A stretch of 63,727 nucleotides of DNA, filler included, from Sphacelaria rigidula (lineage: Eukaryota), in the NCBI GenBank assembly GCA_964200075.2. It is 6 parts of 6 records of this genome, joined end to end, with 100 filler letters (N's around TTAATTAATTAA, not from the genome) between each part and the next. Parts side by side here need not be neighbours in the genome. Positions count along the whole stretch, not along the records: positions 1 to 10,540 come from CAXNAA020006314.1; positions 10,641 to 21,179 come from CAXNAA020006316.1; 4 more parts are not named here. The stretch is one strand, 5' to 3'. Position 1 is the stretch's first letter, and every line of letters starts with the position of its first letter. Below are positions 1 to 11,062 of the stretch, one piece after another. Position numbers and translations under genes: made by a program. A model generated the notes under the pieces. It did no database searches. It was not told the origin of the DNA and saw nothing but the letters and a program-made list of their open reading frames with translations.

Positions 1-87
1 CCCACCGTAGTACTAGCCTGGCCCGACGCCGCTTGACTTCACAGAGCGGACGGGATGTGGTACTATCGACGAGGTATGGCCGTTTGT
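1..87 (-). rRNA. 5S rRNA gene copy, 3' part cut off by contig start
   Basis: Reverse complement reads AACGGCCATACCTCGTCGATAGTACCACATCCCGTCCGCTCTGTGAAGTCAAGCGGCGTCGGGCCAGGCTAGTACTACGGTGGG. This is the eukaryotic 5S pattern (GGCCATACC, CCCGTCCG loop, A-box AGTCAAGC, AGTACT) and matches the array at 39152-42363. Confidence 0.85.
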
Positions 88-1704
88 GAAGGTCATATGT
101 GTACAATGTACGCAAGGTTCGTGTTGAGTCATCAAAAACAGGCCATTTGGGCACTGTCAACGGTGGAGTAACTTCTGTGTACGTTCCGGCATCACATTGG
201 AACTGAGAAAAACGTGGAACACAGGCGGGGATGGTGCGTCATTTTCCCCTCATCCAGGACGTATCCGCCTCCCTTCCCCCCCATTTTCTGTCCGAAAAAA
301 GGTACCGGATCAGCACATCATTCCCCGAACTGCTGCAATTCTAGCGTTTCGCACGATGAAAAGCATCCCCAGCAGGACGCATGTTCCGCTTCATGACGGA
401 AGCTTTTCACCGTAGCTGCATATTTGGGATGGTGATATTGAGTGACTTCTGCCGGGTTGGTGGCAACTCTTTTGGTGGCCTCGAAAAAGAGCCCGATTTG
501 GTGTATCGTACTGCAGCACTGTTACTCAAAGAAAAAACTGTCCGGGATAAGAGTACTTTGAACCCGAGTTACGCCGCCATCTGTCCAAACCTAGCTTACA
601 TCACGGGTCAGATGGAGTATGTTTTCAAGTGGTCGAGTGGAGAGAAGATCACGTACTGCGCAGTGTTACCTTTTAGGGGTAATTTCCGGCGTTCACAGTA
701 TGTGTCTGGACGGTATCCAACCTTCCTCACGATCAACTGACATAGCGATATTACTGGTCCTTTAGTGACAAACCGGTCCGATTTCAACGAGTAATGGGGA
801 TAGGATAAGTTGTCATTTTAGGTCGCACGTCGACTATCCACGACCGATACTTTAGTGGCGACGAGACGAAACACTGTTCCCGAAACATGCGATCTTCCAT
901 GGTTCACATGACGTGGCGACATATGTGCGTGAGGTGTGACATATGACATCATGTCTCAACTGAAGTGGCACACTACTCATGCAGGGGAACGATGCTGGAG
1001 GCAGCCCCTCTCAGTTCCCCCGAGGGTGGAGCATCTTTTGCACGAAAAAAAAACATCTAATCTCGTGGAAATGAAGAGTCGAGGTTTGAAAAGGTTTCGA
1101 CTATTGGGAACGAGACGCTGCGGCTGCCGCTGGCCATATGCCTGGCCGACAGCGGGGGTGTTCGTGCACTTCGTCGTCATTTGCCAGAAAGATAATCCGA
1201 GTAAGCTTGCTTGTTGGCCGTGCAAGCAGTACCTCTGCGATGCGCGGGGCGGGGGCGTGCGCGGGGAACGTTTTCCGACGCTTCAACAATCCAACCATCA
1301 AGTGCGCCGGTCGATAATTGCACGCCACAAAAACGTCTTCCACGTTTCGCACGAAGAAACATCATTTGTTCCACAATCCCTTTTTGAATCGTTTTTTATT
1401 TCGCCCCCCTTGCTCTTTCCGAGACAGTTGCATCCGGGAAGAGATCCTCATGTCGACTTCACAGACCCAACAAAAAGACAGCTGCGATTCCACGACGAGT
1501 CCCCAAATGTTGAACGCATCACAACTTGGTACCTAACCAAGCTCAATTAGTGGGACACGTGAGGACACGACTGAATCAATGCCAAGACACAACAAAACTG
1601 CGCGAGAGTTCCGCGCCCATTCCACGAGAAGATGAGGGAGAGGCGAGAAAACCAGCGCTGCCCTCGGAGAAATAATTTTCGCCCCCAACACTCAAGTTCG
1701 CGGC

Positions 1705-4700
1705 TTAGCGCTTGGTCCCCGCACGACTCCTGTGATTTCCGGTGTTGGATCACGATCGGATAAAAGGGAAATGCAAAGGCGGGGGTGGTAATCAATGTGA
1801 GCATGGTGAAACCTACCGAGGTTCTCGCCCAAGATAAACTGAACGTGAACGATCGTCCTCTTCACGTGGTGAAGGCAACCGTGTTTCTCATTGATCTGTT
1901 CGTATGATATTTGGAAGAAAAAACTCCCAGCATAAGGCTCGTGATGTCACCTACTCCCGACATCAACTTGTGCGGCGAGTCAAATGAGCTGCCAGTCAAT
2001 AGACGGTGCACGGAGGCGTAGGCTGAACCACCTTCTTTTTTCCTTAATATTCAACGATCATCACGTAGGTACGTAGGCTGCAGATCGAAGAACAGGACAC
2101 TCCGAAGTCGAATAAACCGGCATGATCAAAAATTAACCCGTTTGTGACCATATTATGTACGCAAGGTTGGAGACTTGAAAATGAACTTCGATAAAAGTAG
2201 AGCACGGGACAAACACTAACCAACTCCTCTGCATCTACCGATCTGGACGGAAGACGGACAACAATATTTTACTCTGCAACTCGATGATCGCGTGAACTCG
2301 CGATCCGGCGTTGAGTTACACTACAGAACAATACAGCAAACGTTCAATGAGGCAACTTTTCACTCTCAAGGTGAACAGTGGCCAAACGTGGCCCTCCACA
2401 GCGCGCGTCTTTGTGCGTCAACGTGATCCTGATTCTCGCCACTGGACGGCAACGGCCAAACCCACGAAAAGATTCCGATCCGAGGTGATTCTTCTTCATG
2501 CACCCGGCCGTATTGTTGTGCGTCGAAACGACCCTCTACACTTGTACACAGGTTTCAAAAACAATGGTCAACACAAATAAGAGGACATCACGGCACACCA
2601 CAGATGGACGCACCGTTCTTCAGCCGAAAACGGGGAGAACCTTTTACATGATCATCGCCATTGCTCTCAAGACACAGACCGCATGATACAACGTGGACTT
2701 ACATGGCGTTGCCGCTCTTCTGCTTGGAAGCAGTCGGCTTCGCCTTCATCGCCTGGGCGTTCCCCTTCGCTGCCTTGTTGGCGGCCTTGCGTGCCTTCAC
2801 CTCCCTGAGTTGCCATATTCCACCATCAAGCAACACCCCCCACCGCACACGAAACACATCATGATTACACGAGGCAGGATGGGTTGAGACCATGATGGTG
2901 ATCAACAGCCTGGGCGGGGTCATTGTCCGCTCTTTTCACTACATTTCGACACGAGTACATTTTCCACGGCTGACACTTCCGAGAATGGACGAAGAAACAT
3001 TTCATGCGGATAATGTTTGTCGTTCCTCTTGTGCGACTCTCTAGTGCAAGATGTTTTTTTAGTTTTCAATGTCCAAGACAGAAGAGCAAGTTCGGGTGAG
3101 AGACGACGACCTCAAAGGTGACACTGATGCAGTGCCCCGTGACAGAGTGCAACGCGAGTATCAAGAGGGGTAGAGATGCGTGACTGTAGGAAACGGTCAT
3201 AAGTAATAGACGTATGACGTACACAGAGCCGATGTACTTAGGACGACAACGCTGACGCCTACGGGGACCCTAGAATCATCCCTGACCTTAACCCCAGGCG
3301 AATAAAGTGGTCGCAACATCATCGACTCTGAGCGCCGATCACGGTGTACTAATGTTATGTGCAACCATAGATTTCGAATATTTTTCCGGATGTTTTCTTC
3401 CACTTGAAAAACAGCTCGTTCCGGGAATGAGAGAGGGTTCGAGAGTCTTACAGAAAATAAACGGGAAAAAAGTTTCATTACATTTTTACGAATGCCAGCC
3501 CCTTTTTTCAAGCCTGGTGTATTCCAAGGCTATTGGACCGCCCGCCCTCATACTATCGAGGAGTCGAAACGCGCAAAAGAACTGGTACAGGTTGAGGAGG
3601 CACAACACAATACTGCCCTCCTCCTCTCATTGCCATGCCGCCAAAACACGCCAAAATTTATATTCCAGGCAGTGCAGTTGACTCAGTTGGAACCCTCGAG
3701 ACCTTTCGACAGTAGGGACGCGCGTGCATATCTCGGTGAACTCACACGAACTGGAATTTTCTCTCACACCATGTCCAACGTTGGAGATCGACTATTCCGT
3801 GAGTAAACAAAGTTCGACCTCACTGTCATCGAGGGAGAGGGAACGCACAACCATTCGCGCTATGAGAAAAATAGGCGAGCGCCGCAGGATGGTGGAGTGC
3901 ACGAGAAAAAATCACGGAGACGCATGTGTTGATTTTTTTCCTGTGTGACCCGGTTGATACTGGCTTCAAGAACAGAGGATGACGATACACACGAAACACA
4001 CCGGGGACATGCTCTGGAACATTTCTACAAACAAACGGGGTGTCCCGATTGTCTTTCCACGTCCACGCACTCGCGTATGCGACGAGGTGCAACTACAGCA
4101 ATTATCCAGGGTTTACCGTGTAAGTTTTACACAACCCTTCCAAGGACGAACGACGTGGCAGGCAGGAAACTGATGTTCACCCCTGCAATGGCTCGTCAAA
4201 GAGCCAAAAAACATGATGAATTCGGGAAAACCGTGGACCGCGCACTTACTTGGCAGCCGCCTCGCGCTGCGCGCTGCGAACCTCCGGCTTCTGGGAGCGC
4301 TTTTTCTCGATCTCTTCAAGGGAGGCTCCCACGATCGCGCGGTTGAGCTTCGTCGTCTTGCGCGTACTGGCGATATGAAGGGAGACATACATTCAGGAAT
4401 GGGCGAGAGACAACATGAGCGCCTACGTCGTCACTGTTCGAACCTGGGTGCCGGGTTGACGTAGAAAATAAAGAAGGGGGAAGGGGGTGGTATGTAGCAC
4501 AACCAACCATCACAGTCAAACCGCCCCAGGTGAGATACCGGGTTCGTGCATTGGACCACTCAAGGGGAACATCCGCAAGGCCGCGAGTGCATATATGTTT
4601 CGAGACGGCAATTTCCTGCATCTTTTGAAGCTCGGATAGGAAAACAGGGATAAATCAGCTCGCCAAGTATCCTTTGAGAGGAAATAGACGGAACACAATT

Positions 4701-6574
4701 ACCAAACAAACCAACACATGGGAATGTCAGTGGCATGACACCAACTCAATGAAATATACGTCAGGAGACATGTCGAAGTCATCCAGAGTCCAACGAACAA
4801 GAGGACCACGAAGATGTCCATGGCCGACAAGAGACAAGACGCGGTCTGTGCAAAAATGCCAACGGTATGTAGAGGGTGCAGAAGGTGGATGCAAAACGCG
4901 TATTTCTTACCGACGGCGGGTGACTTCCTCCACCTTGATCTTCTTGTTCAGGCGCCTCCACGCCTGTACAGTAGCCAAACGCCCATTCAGTTGGCGGAAG
5001 AAGGCGGCGAAAAGACAATTTGAGTTGCAGTCAAGACAGAATTCCTCAATACTTTGCACCCACTACTCCGAAAAAACACCTTCGGCGCACTCATGGGCAG
5101 AATTTTTCGATGAGCCGGGGGTTGAACTCTAAAGGCGGCATATAATTACACCGAGCATACCGCGTGGGTGAAGGCTCTCGAGGTACTAATAATTCGACGC
5201 CACGGTAAGACGTACCACACAAAGTTTGGTGCTGTGCCATGCTGATGATGGTGCTGCGGTACCGGTATGTTGTGTATTTACAACAGTATTTACAACGTAC
5301 ATCGCCATGAATAGTATACCGACGACAATCGTACTAGCCGTCCCATGTGCCCGCTAGTCGATGGCTTTGTCTGCGTCGTGTAACACTGAGTGCAACATCA
5401 AGTCCAGACCGAAGCACGGGGGGAATCCCCCCTCGAGCGGAGGACAGTGTCGCTCATGCTTCAACAGCACGGGCTGTAGATAAACTGGGCGATAAGGATA
5501 CGATACGATCCTACTCTTCACATACCGAGGATTTAGTTCACCAACTTCATTCAGCGGTTGCCAAGTCAGTGGTTTGGTGCCACAATCATTTGATGCCGCC
5601 ACCAGCAACGGCGGGGCTCTACGGGAAGGCGGGTGGTCGTGAAATGGCCAGGAATAGCACACTGTCGGTATGCACGAACGCACAGTCGGCCATGCAGTCC
5701 CACGAACACGGTCGGTGGGCATGGCGTCAGGTGTCATTTTCCTCCGTGTGGTCAGTCTGTTGTCGCTTGCACGTTATACCGTCGCACTGGCGGTCCAGCT
5801 CAAACCACGTTGCTCATCTCGATACGGTCCTTTACACTGCAGAAATGTCTTCCTATATGGACAATCATGATTCACGTTCTAGGGTGCCGAGTGCTCTTTT
5901 ACCTGGGTCCAAGTGAGCTTGGCGGGCTTCTTGCGCTGCATGAGAAGGCTCTTGCACTTCGCCGAGAACAGAGTGACGGGCTGAGAAAAGTAGAGTACAC
6001 GGCGAAAGAAGCAATACAAAGTATGAGATCGTCAACATCATGGACCAAAATGCACCGAAGCATAGATGGTCACCCATCCATCGTTAGATCCTAGCCCTCA
6101 CTGGTTGGAGAATACTACCCTGTACGGGAGAGCCCGCAGGCCCAGCTCTGAGCATGGCGAAAGCAGCAGTCAGCAGCAGAGTACAGCACAGAAATGCCCT
6201 GCAGCAAACCAGATAAATGTTCACAGGACACCGCAAACAACCTCTCAGATAGCGTACTAGCAGATCCCATTGGAACATCAACAGCATAGCAATTCTCCAT
6301 GAATCCCACAGACGAAACATCCTCCTGGGCATCGTATGTGCTGCACAGCATCCGCTCCATCTCATGGCACCCTTCCCCACGTGACAGCCCACCAGAACCC
6401 CACGCGAAGTCCGGTACGGTGCGGTACACCCCCGGGGTCAAAAACAATCGAAAGCAACTTGCTTGTGCAAAAGAGTTGCGCCATCACCTGTCCATCCCTT
6501 CGAACGAAGCGCATGCCATGACCAGGATAGATACGCGTGTCTGAGAACGCGCAGACTTCTGTCTTGATCACCAT
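1705..6574 (-). CDS. RPL24: 60S ribosomal protein L24 (eL24), complete, 6 coding exons, 153 aa
   Basis: Exons 6574-6488 ([29 protein letters not shown]), 5980-5903 ([26 protein letters not shown]), 4963-4911 ([17 protein letters not shown]), 4366-4250 ([38 protein letters not shown]), 2804-2703 ([13 protein letters not shown]...KSGNA) and 1729-1705 (SRAGTKR*). All introns are GT-AG with matching phases. Hallmark eL24 motifs are present: Cx[24 protein letters not shown]. Confidence 0.97.
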
Positions 6575-6876
6575 GGTGCTGCTGGTACTCGCGGGGGCCG
6601 AGGGGGGTGGCTGCAGATGGGCGGCCGTGTGAGCCGTGAAAATATTGGAAAATAATGCGGGGTTATGTACGTCATATTGGAAAATGGCCATGTCATTCGA
6701 AAAATCTCGCCGATACGTAACGTCCAACCGTCGGGACAGCAGTACCGCACAACAGTCCATTGCATAACTTCCTCTTTTGCAGTCTGTGTACCGCAAGCAA
6801 AAAGAAGGTTGACCTCTAACGATATCTGGAGCTTAAGTTTAATCTGAACCCAGCAGTTCATCGCGTAGAATACAGG
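6575..6876. promoter_or_regulatory. Putative bidirectional promoter/5'UTR region between RPL24 and the carrier gene
   Basis: Only 302 bp separate the two divergent ATGs (6574 minus, 6877 plus). No specific elements could be verified. Confidence 0.55.
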
Positions 6877-9867
6877 ATGGTGTTGTCGTTGTCGCTTAGC
6901 CGTGTGCTATGCGCCTGCGCCGCCTGGCTGCTCTCGTCGCCGCTGCCGTGCTCGTCGCTGCCCGCGGCGCCCAGCCGCGCCTCCTTCCCCAACTCTAAGG
7001 GCACGGTAACGAGGTTGGCTTGGGGTCACCGCAAGGGTCGAATTGAATACATGCACCAACGGACACCAACAAAAACGCGACGAAGCGTTCGGAAGTTGGA
7101 AAGGGACGAAGAGGAGGTGGATCTACGCGTCGACAACATGAAACCGGATAGGGTGGTCGCGGAAAGCAGCGATGATACAATCAAGAGTTCAACGGATGAC
7201 TGCAACAACAGCGTCGTGGATGGGTGTTCTGTTGCGGCAAGCATCGCGGACAGTAGCCGGACGCCGCCATCCGAACACAGCAATGCCCCGAGGCGAGTTT
7301 TGGGCAGGGTATCGAAAAGAAGGGTGGACCCGACATCAACCTTCGCGCGGGTGGTCGAGTCCAAGGTACGAATCCGAAAAGCGTTGTTGGTGCGAGGTGC
7401 AGGAACGGCGGCGTCGGTCGTGGCGCCGAGGCACACTGAAAACCGAGGATCGAGTAAGTCAAACGCCGTTGATGGGCTGAAGAATGGACTGGCGAGTGGG
7501 CTGGCGGCCGCTGTAGTCAAGACTATCCTTCAGCCGTTCGATACCATGAAGACCGTCCAGCAGTTTAGCACTGCAAGGTTCGTCGCTTTCAGTGGTTTTT
7601 GTCCGACACAACGCGTACCATCGGTATGTATGTACAACTCGTAGGAGTATATCTCCATATCCGCGCCGCTCGCTGTTCTTGACGAATGGTGCCGATTTTG
7701 TGTTCACCGTTTTTTCGATTGTTTTTCTTGTTCAAGGTTCCAAGGCATGTGGTGTGTTGTGTGAAGAAATTACCTATCGATTGATGCTTCTTGTATTGCC
7801 GGTGTCATCGACATGACCGTATTGTGCCCCCGCCTCGACATTTTCTTGCGAAGGAGTCGGCACAGAAAGAAGTGCGAGAGCTAGAGAGACTGCCCCCCAA
7901 CGAACGCTTCATGCGTGTTGCGTCGGTGCCGAGTCCGAAGGGGTGAAAGGTGCAACGAACAGAAACGATGCAACTATCACATTGTACAAAAACTCGCAGG
8001 TCGAAAATCATCTCATGAGCGGTCTAAGGAGCAACTGCGTTTTTTGTGTCTCCCTGAAACGATATGGACAAAAAAAAATACAACTGTCTCCCTAAAATTT
8101 GGAGATGCGAACCAGTACAAGTATGTGTTGAAAAACATCTCTTTCTTATCCCGGCTGATGCACCCAAATATAGGAGAAGGCTGAGACTGGCGTCCAGAGT
8201 AGATGGGATGAGAACACACAAGGCTAATCCTTCGGTCGCCTAGCACACAGTCTTTTTGAGCCCATAGTGTCAGTGCGCCACTTCCCTCGTGTATCAGCTT
8301 CTTTTACACGACTGCTACTACTGAGAGAATCACGAGCTCTTGGTGGCCAGAGGATGGAAGTAGAGAACAGATAGCGCTGCTTTGTACCGAAGGCTGGTTG
8401 ATCATTCCGCGCGCAGTGTCTCTTCCAAGACTACGGAGTAATTGATTACTTGATTTTCTGCACATCAGAGTTGCTGAATTCGGCGAGGGCGGAAGGTGCG
8501 CAGCACGGTAGCTGGCGATCGAGCCGGGCGCGCAAGTGCATGATGGGGAGGATGAATCGGGCTCTTCTGTGGTGTTGAAGTACAAGTATACCGTATTCCA
8601 AATATGTTTTTTTTTCACTCAAGTGGGCAATGTTTTTTTTTCACTCAAGTGGGCAATGATTCCACATGAAACGTTACCAGTTAGCCCGAACCGCGACAAT
8701 TAAGGCTTCCACAGTTGTTCACTTCCTACTAGAACAATTTGTTTGGGTGGGTGTATGGGGTAGGGGTTGTCGGGCAGCTCATGGGCACATTTGGTTAAGC
8801 TCGAGCTGCATTCCCAAGCGCCGCTGTGCGGTTTCACTACAGTGTCTTCTCCCCTCTGATGTTCTTGCTGCTAACCTGGTATCGTTCATCACTAAATGGT
8901 CGTACAAAATGAAAACAAGGGTCTCAACCTGGTCCGGAATCGTTCTATTTTCGCCGTCAAGATTCTTCATTTTCGAGCCCATTACGTGCACCACCCCATT
9001 TTAACTCGGATCTTCACGGTAGCTGGTCAGCAGGTCCAAGGGCTCGTTTGTTGTGGGTAATGCTGTGTCTACTTTCTGTACTCGTATGTGTTTTGGCGGC
9101 GCTGATCCGTGCCCAAAGCACATTTTGCCGAGGGTACCCTGTGTACTCGCCAACCCACCCCGACAGTACGTTACAGCAGCACAGACAGCACGATCAGTAC
9201 CATTCGGTTCAGGGTCTAGGTCCATTGCCGATGTAAGGTACACCTCAGAGGTGGTTGCCTGAAAACGGTACTACATGAGAACAAATTTATCGCAATGGGT
9301 AAAAACACGCAATTCTGTTTTTGCTCGGAATTCTCATGATATCGTATACCAGTCTGGTTATATAGCGGGGATCTACTCTGCCTGTGCCCGCTCATGTGTC
9401 AAGCTGTCTTCACGCCACGCCGCGCCGCTTCTTTCCATACATAAGGTGTGCGACAATCAATCAAATCAATCAGGAAGTGTTATACATACATAACATGGCC
9501 GTCCTGTAGATAGTCCCACCTGCAGCATATGCCTGAAAAAGCTGTTGTCTAGGTCACGCGACAGTAATGGATAGAAGATCATCAGCAAACCCGACAATAC
9601 AGACAGTTCTTATTTTACCCCATTTCCGCTCTACGCCAATTGACTTCGCAGGATGACGTTGCTGCAAGCTGGACGAGATTTGTTGGCGCGCGGAGGAGTG
9701 CCCGAACTGTACCAGGGCTTGGGCGTTACGCTTATCGGTTCGATGCCGTCGGTGGGAATCTACTTTGGTATCTACCAGTTTGTGAAGAAGCAGATGGATT
9801 CACACAGCGGTGTTTCCCCATACCTGAGCATCACGATCAGCGCGGGTGCGGGAAATTTCATTGCGAG
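6877..9867 (+). CDS. Mitochondrial carrier family (SLC25) protein, probably S-adenosylmethionine carrier-like; first two exons only, with long N-terminal extension
   Basis: Exon 1 is 6877-7577 (...GLASGLAAAVVKTILQPFDTMKTVQQ, carrier signature Px[DE]xx[KR]). Exon 2 is 9652-9867 (RGGVPELYQGLGVTLIGSMPSVGIYFGIYQFVKK...SAGAGNFIA). The GT-AG intron has matching phase 2. The rest lies beyond the contig end at 10540. The substrate assignment is inference. Confidence 0.88.
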
Positions 9868-10463
9868 GTAGGAGAACGATGAGAAATTGCGCCGGTAGTG
9901 GCAGCGGCGGTGGGTGCTATCTACCGTATACGTGACGGATTATAACACCCCCGTGTGTGATATTTTTGGTATCGATGCTCTCGAGAAACAAAAACAAGGA
10001 TACTCCCCCCCCCTCCATGGTGCTCCGTCTCGCAAGGGATGCGTAGTCGATGGCCAAACGAATATTATAAGGCAAGCAATAAAATAAGGTTCCCTCCCTC
10101 CCCCCATGACTCCGATAGTTTTGACCTGTCCATACAAAACGTCTCAAAAATATGGTTCAAACCACACATCTCAGGCGGCACGGTCACTGGAGCTTGTCGA
10201 CAGCGTTGAAGCCCAACACGTACACGGGACACGTCTTATGCCCCGTCGTGTACGGTCGGGGTGTTTCATCGCTGGTACCGGCACCGGTTTTCAGCAGCTG
10301 TAGTGTATGCGTCAGCCATGACTGAGTACTTGGCGGTGTGATCGCCAGCCCTACTATTGACAATGGTTTGAGTGAATCGGAGCTCTTGGGTTCCGATCCC
10401 AATGAATGGGGTCTTCCAGAGCGAAAGATCGTTTTCGTCGTTGTTCGCGTGAGCACACCATTA

Positions 10464-10540
10464 GTTGGAGGGTGTATACTCATGATCATGCATGCCATAG
10501 TCATAAGACCATTGGCCTCGCATCCCTACAAAGCCGGGAC
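10464..10540 (+). repeat. Dispersed unclassified repeat family R1 (copy cut by contig end)
   Basis: GACCATTG.CCTCGCATCCCTACAA.GCCGGGAC recurs at 21088-21179 (+), 19988-20095 (-) and 49538-49645 (-). Confidence 0.75.
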
Positions 10541-10640
10541 NNNNNNNNNNNNNNNNNNNNNNNNNNNNNNNNNNNNNNNNNNNNTTAATTAATTAANNNN
10601 NNNNNNNNNNNNNNNNNNNNNNNNNNNNNNNNNNNNNNNN
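10541..10640. other. Artificial contig linker (N44-TTAATTAATTAA-N44)
   Basis: Six-frame stop linker inside Ns; identical at five places. Confidence 0.98.
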
Positions 10641-11032
10641 TTCTGGGCAATTCTCAGCTACCGAAATCAGCTACCTATATACAGCTTTGTCATCCCCGTC
10701 AACTACATACATGTGGACTGCACACTGCAAGTCATCGGCAGAGGGATACGTGGAATTCATTACGGGAGCTCCTCTTGTCTTTCCGCAGCCCACCTGGATT
10801 TTGTGCCTCGTGAAAATGACCACATTGTAGCATGTACATTCCTTCCCGGTTTTTCCGGTCACCCCTGTGTAAGTAAAATAATCAGTTTTCAGGTATCAGT
10901 AAAATGCCTTCAACTCATGAAAAAATAAAACTTCTGGTGCCGGCGTAATCTTTTTTCATGCTCTATTCATCGTCCATACCAAATTTCAGGGTCCAACTCT
11001 AAATACTGGCGGGAGCATGGGCCTGCAAACTT

Positions 11033-11062
11033 AAAATCCGCCTCTAGGCTGGCCCAGCTCGT
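11033..11062 (-). mobile_element. Terminal repeat of a TA-flanked MITE-like element
   Basis: Reverse complement TACGAGCTGGGCCAGCCTAGAGGCGGATT matches 35057-35084 TACGAGCTGGGCCAGCCTAGAAACGGATT on another contig. The TA-CGAG end resembles Tc1/mariner termini (inference). Confidence 0.45.

Noticed and set aside
936-1550. 204-aa ORF and other mid-size ORFs antisense to or within RPL24 and the coiled-coil gene
   Set aside because: No recognisable motifs or splice-consistent structure; shadows of GC-rich coding or UTR sequence.
7910-7960. Hammerhead-ribozyme-like GTGCCGAGTCCGAAGGGGTGAAAG
   Set aside because: The conserved CUGANGA core is broken (GUGCCGA), and stem II and the cleavage site do not form properly.
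8606-8658. Direct duplication TTTTTTTTCACTCAAGTGGGCAATG x2
   Set aside because: Simple local tandem duplication in an intron; no associated element identified.
10585-10596. Palindromic TTAATTAATTAA repeated every ~10.6 kb
   Set aside because: Artificial six-frame stop linker embedded in Ns, not biology.
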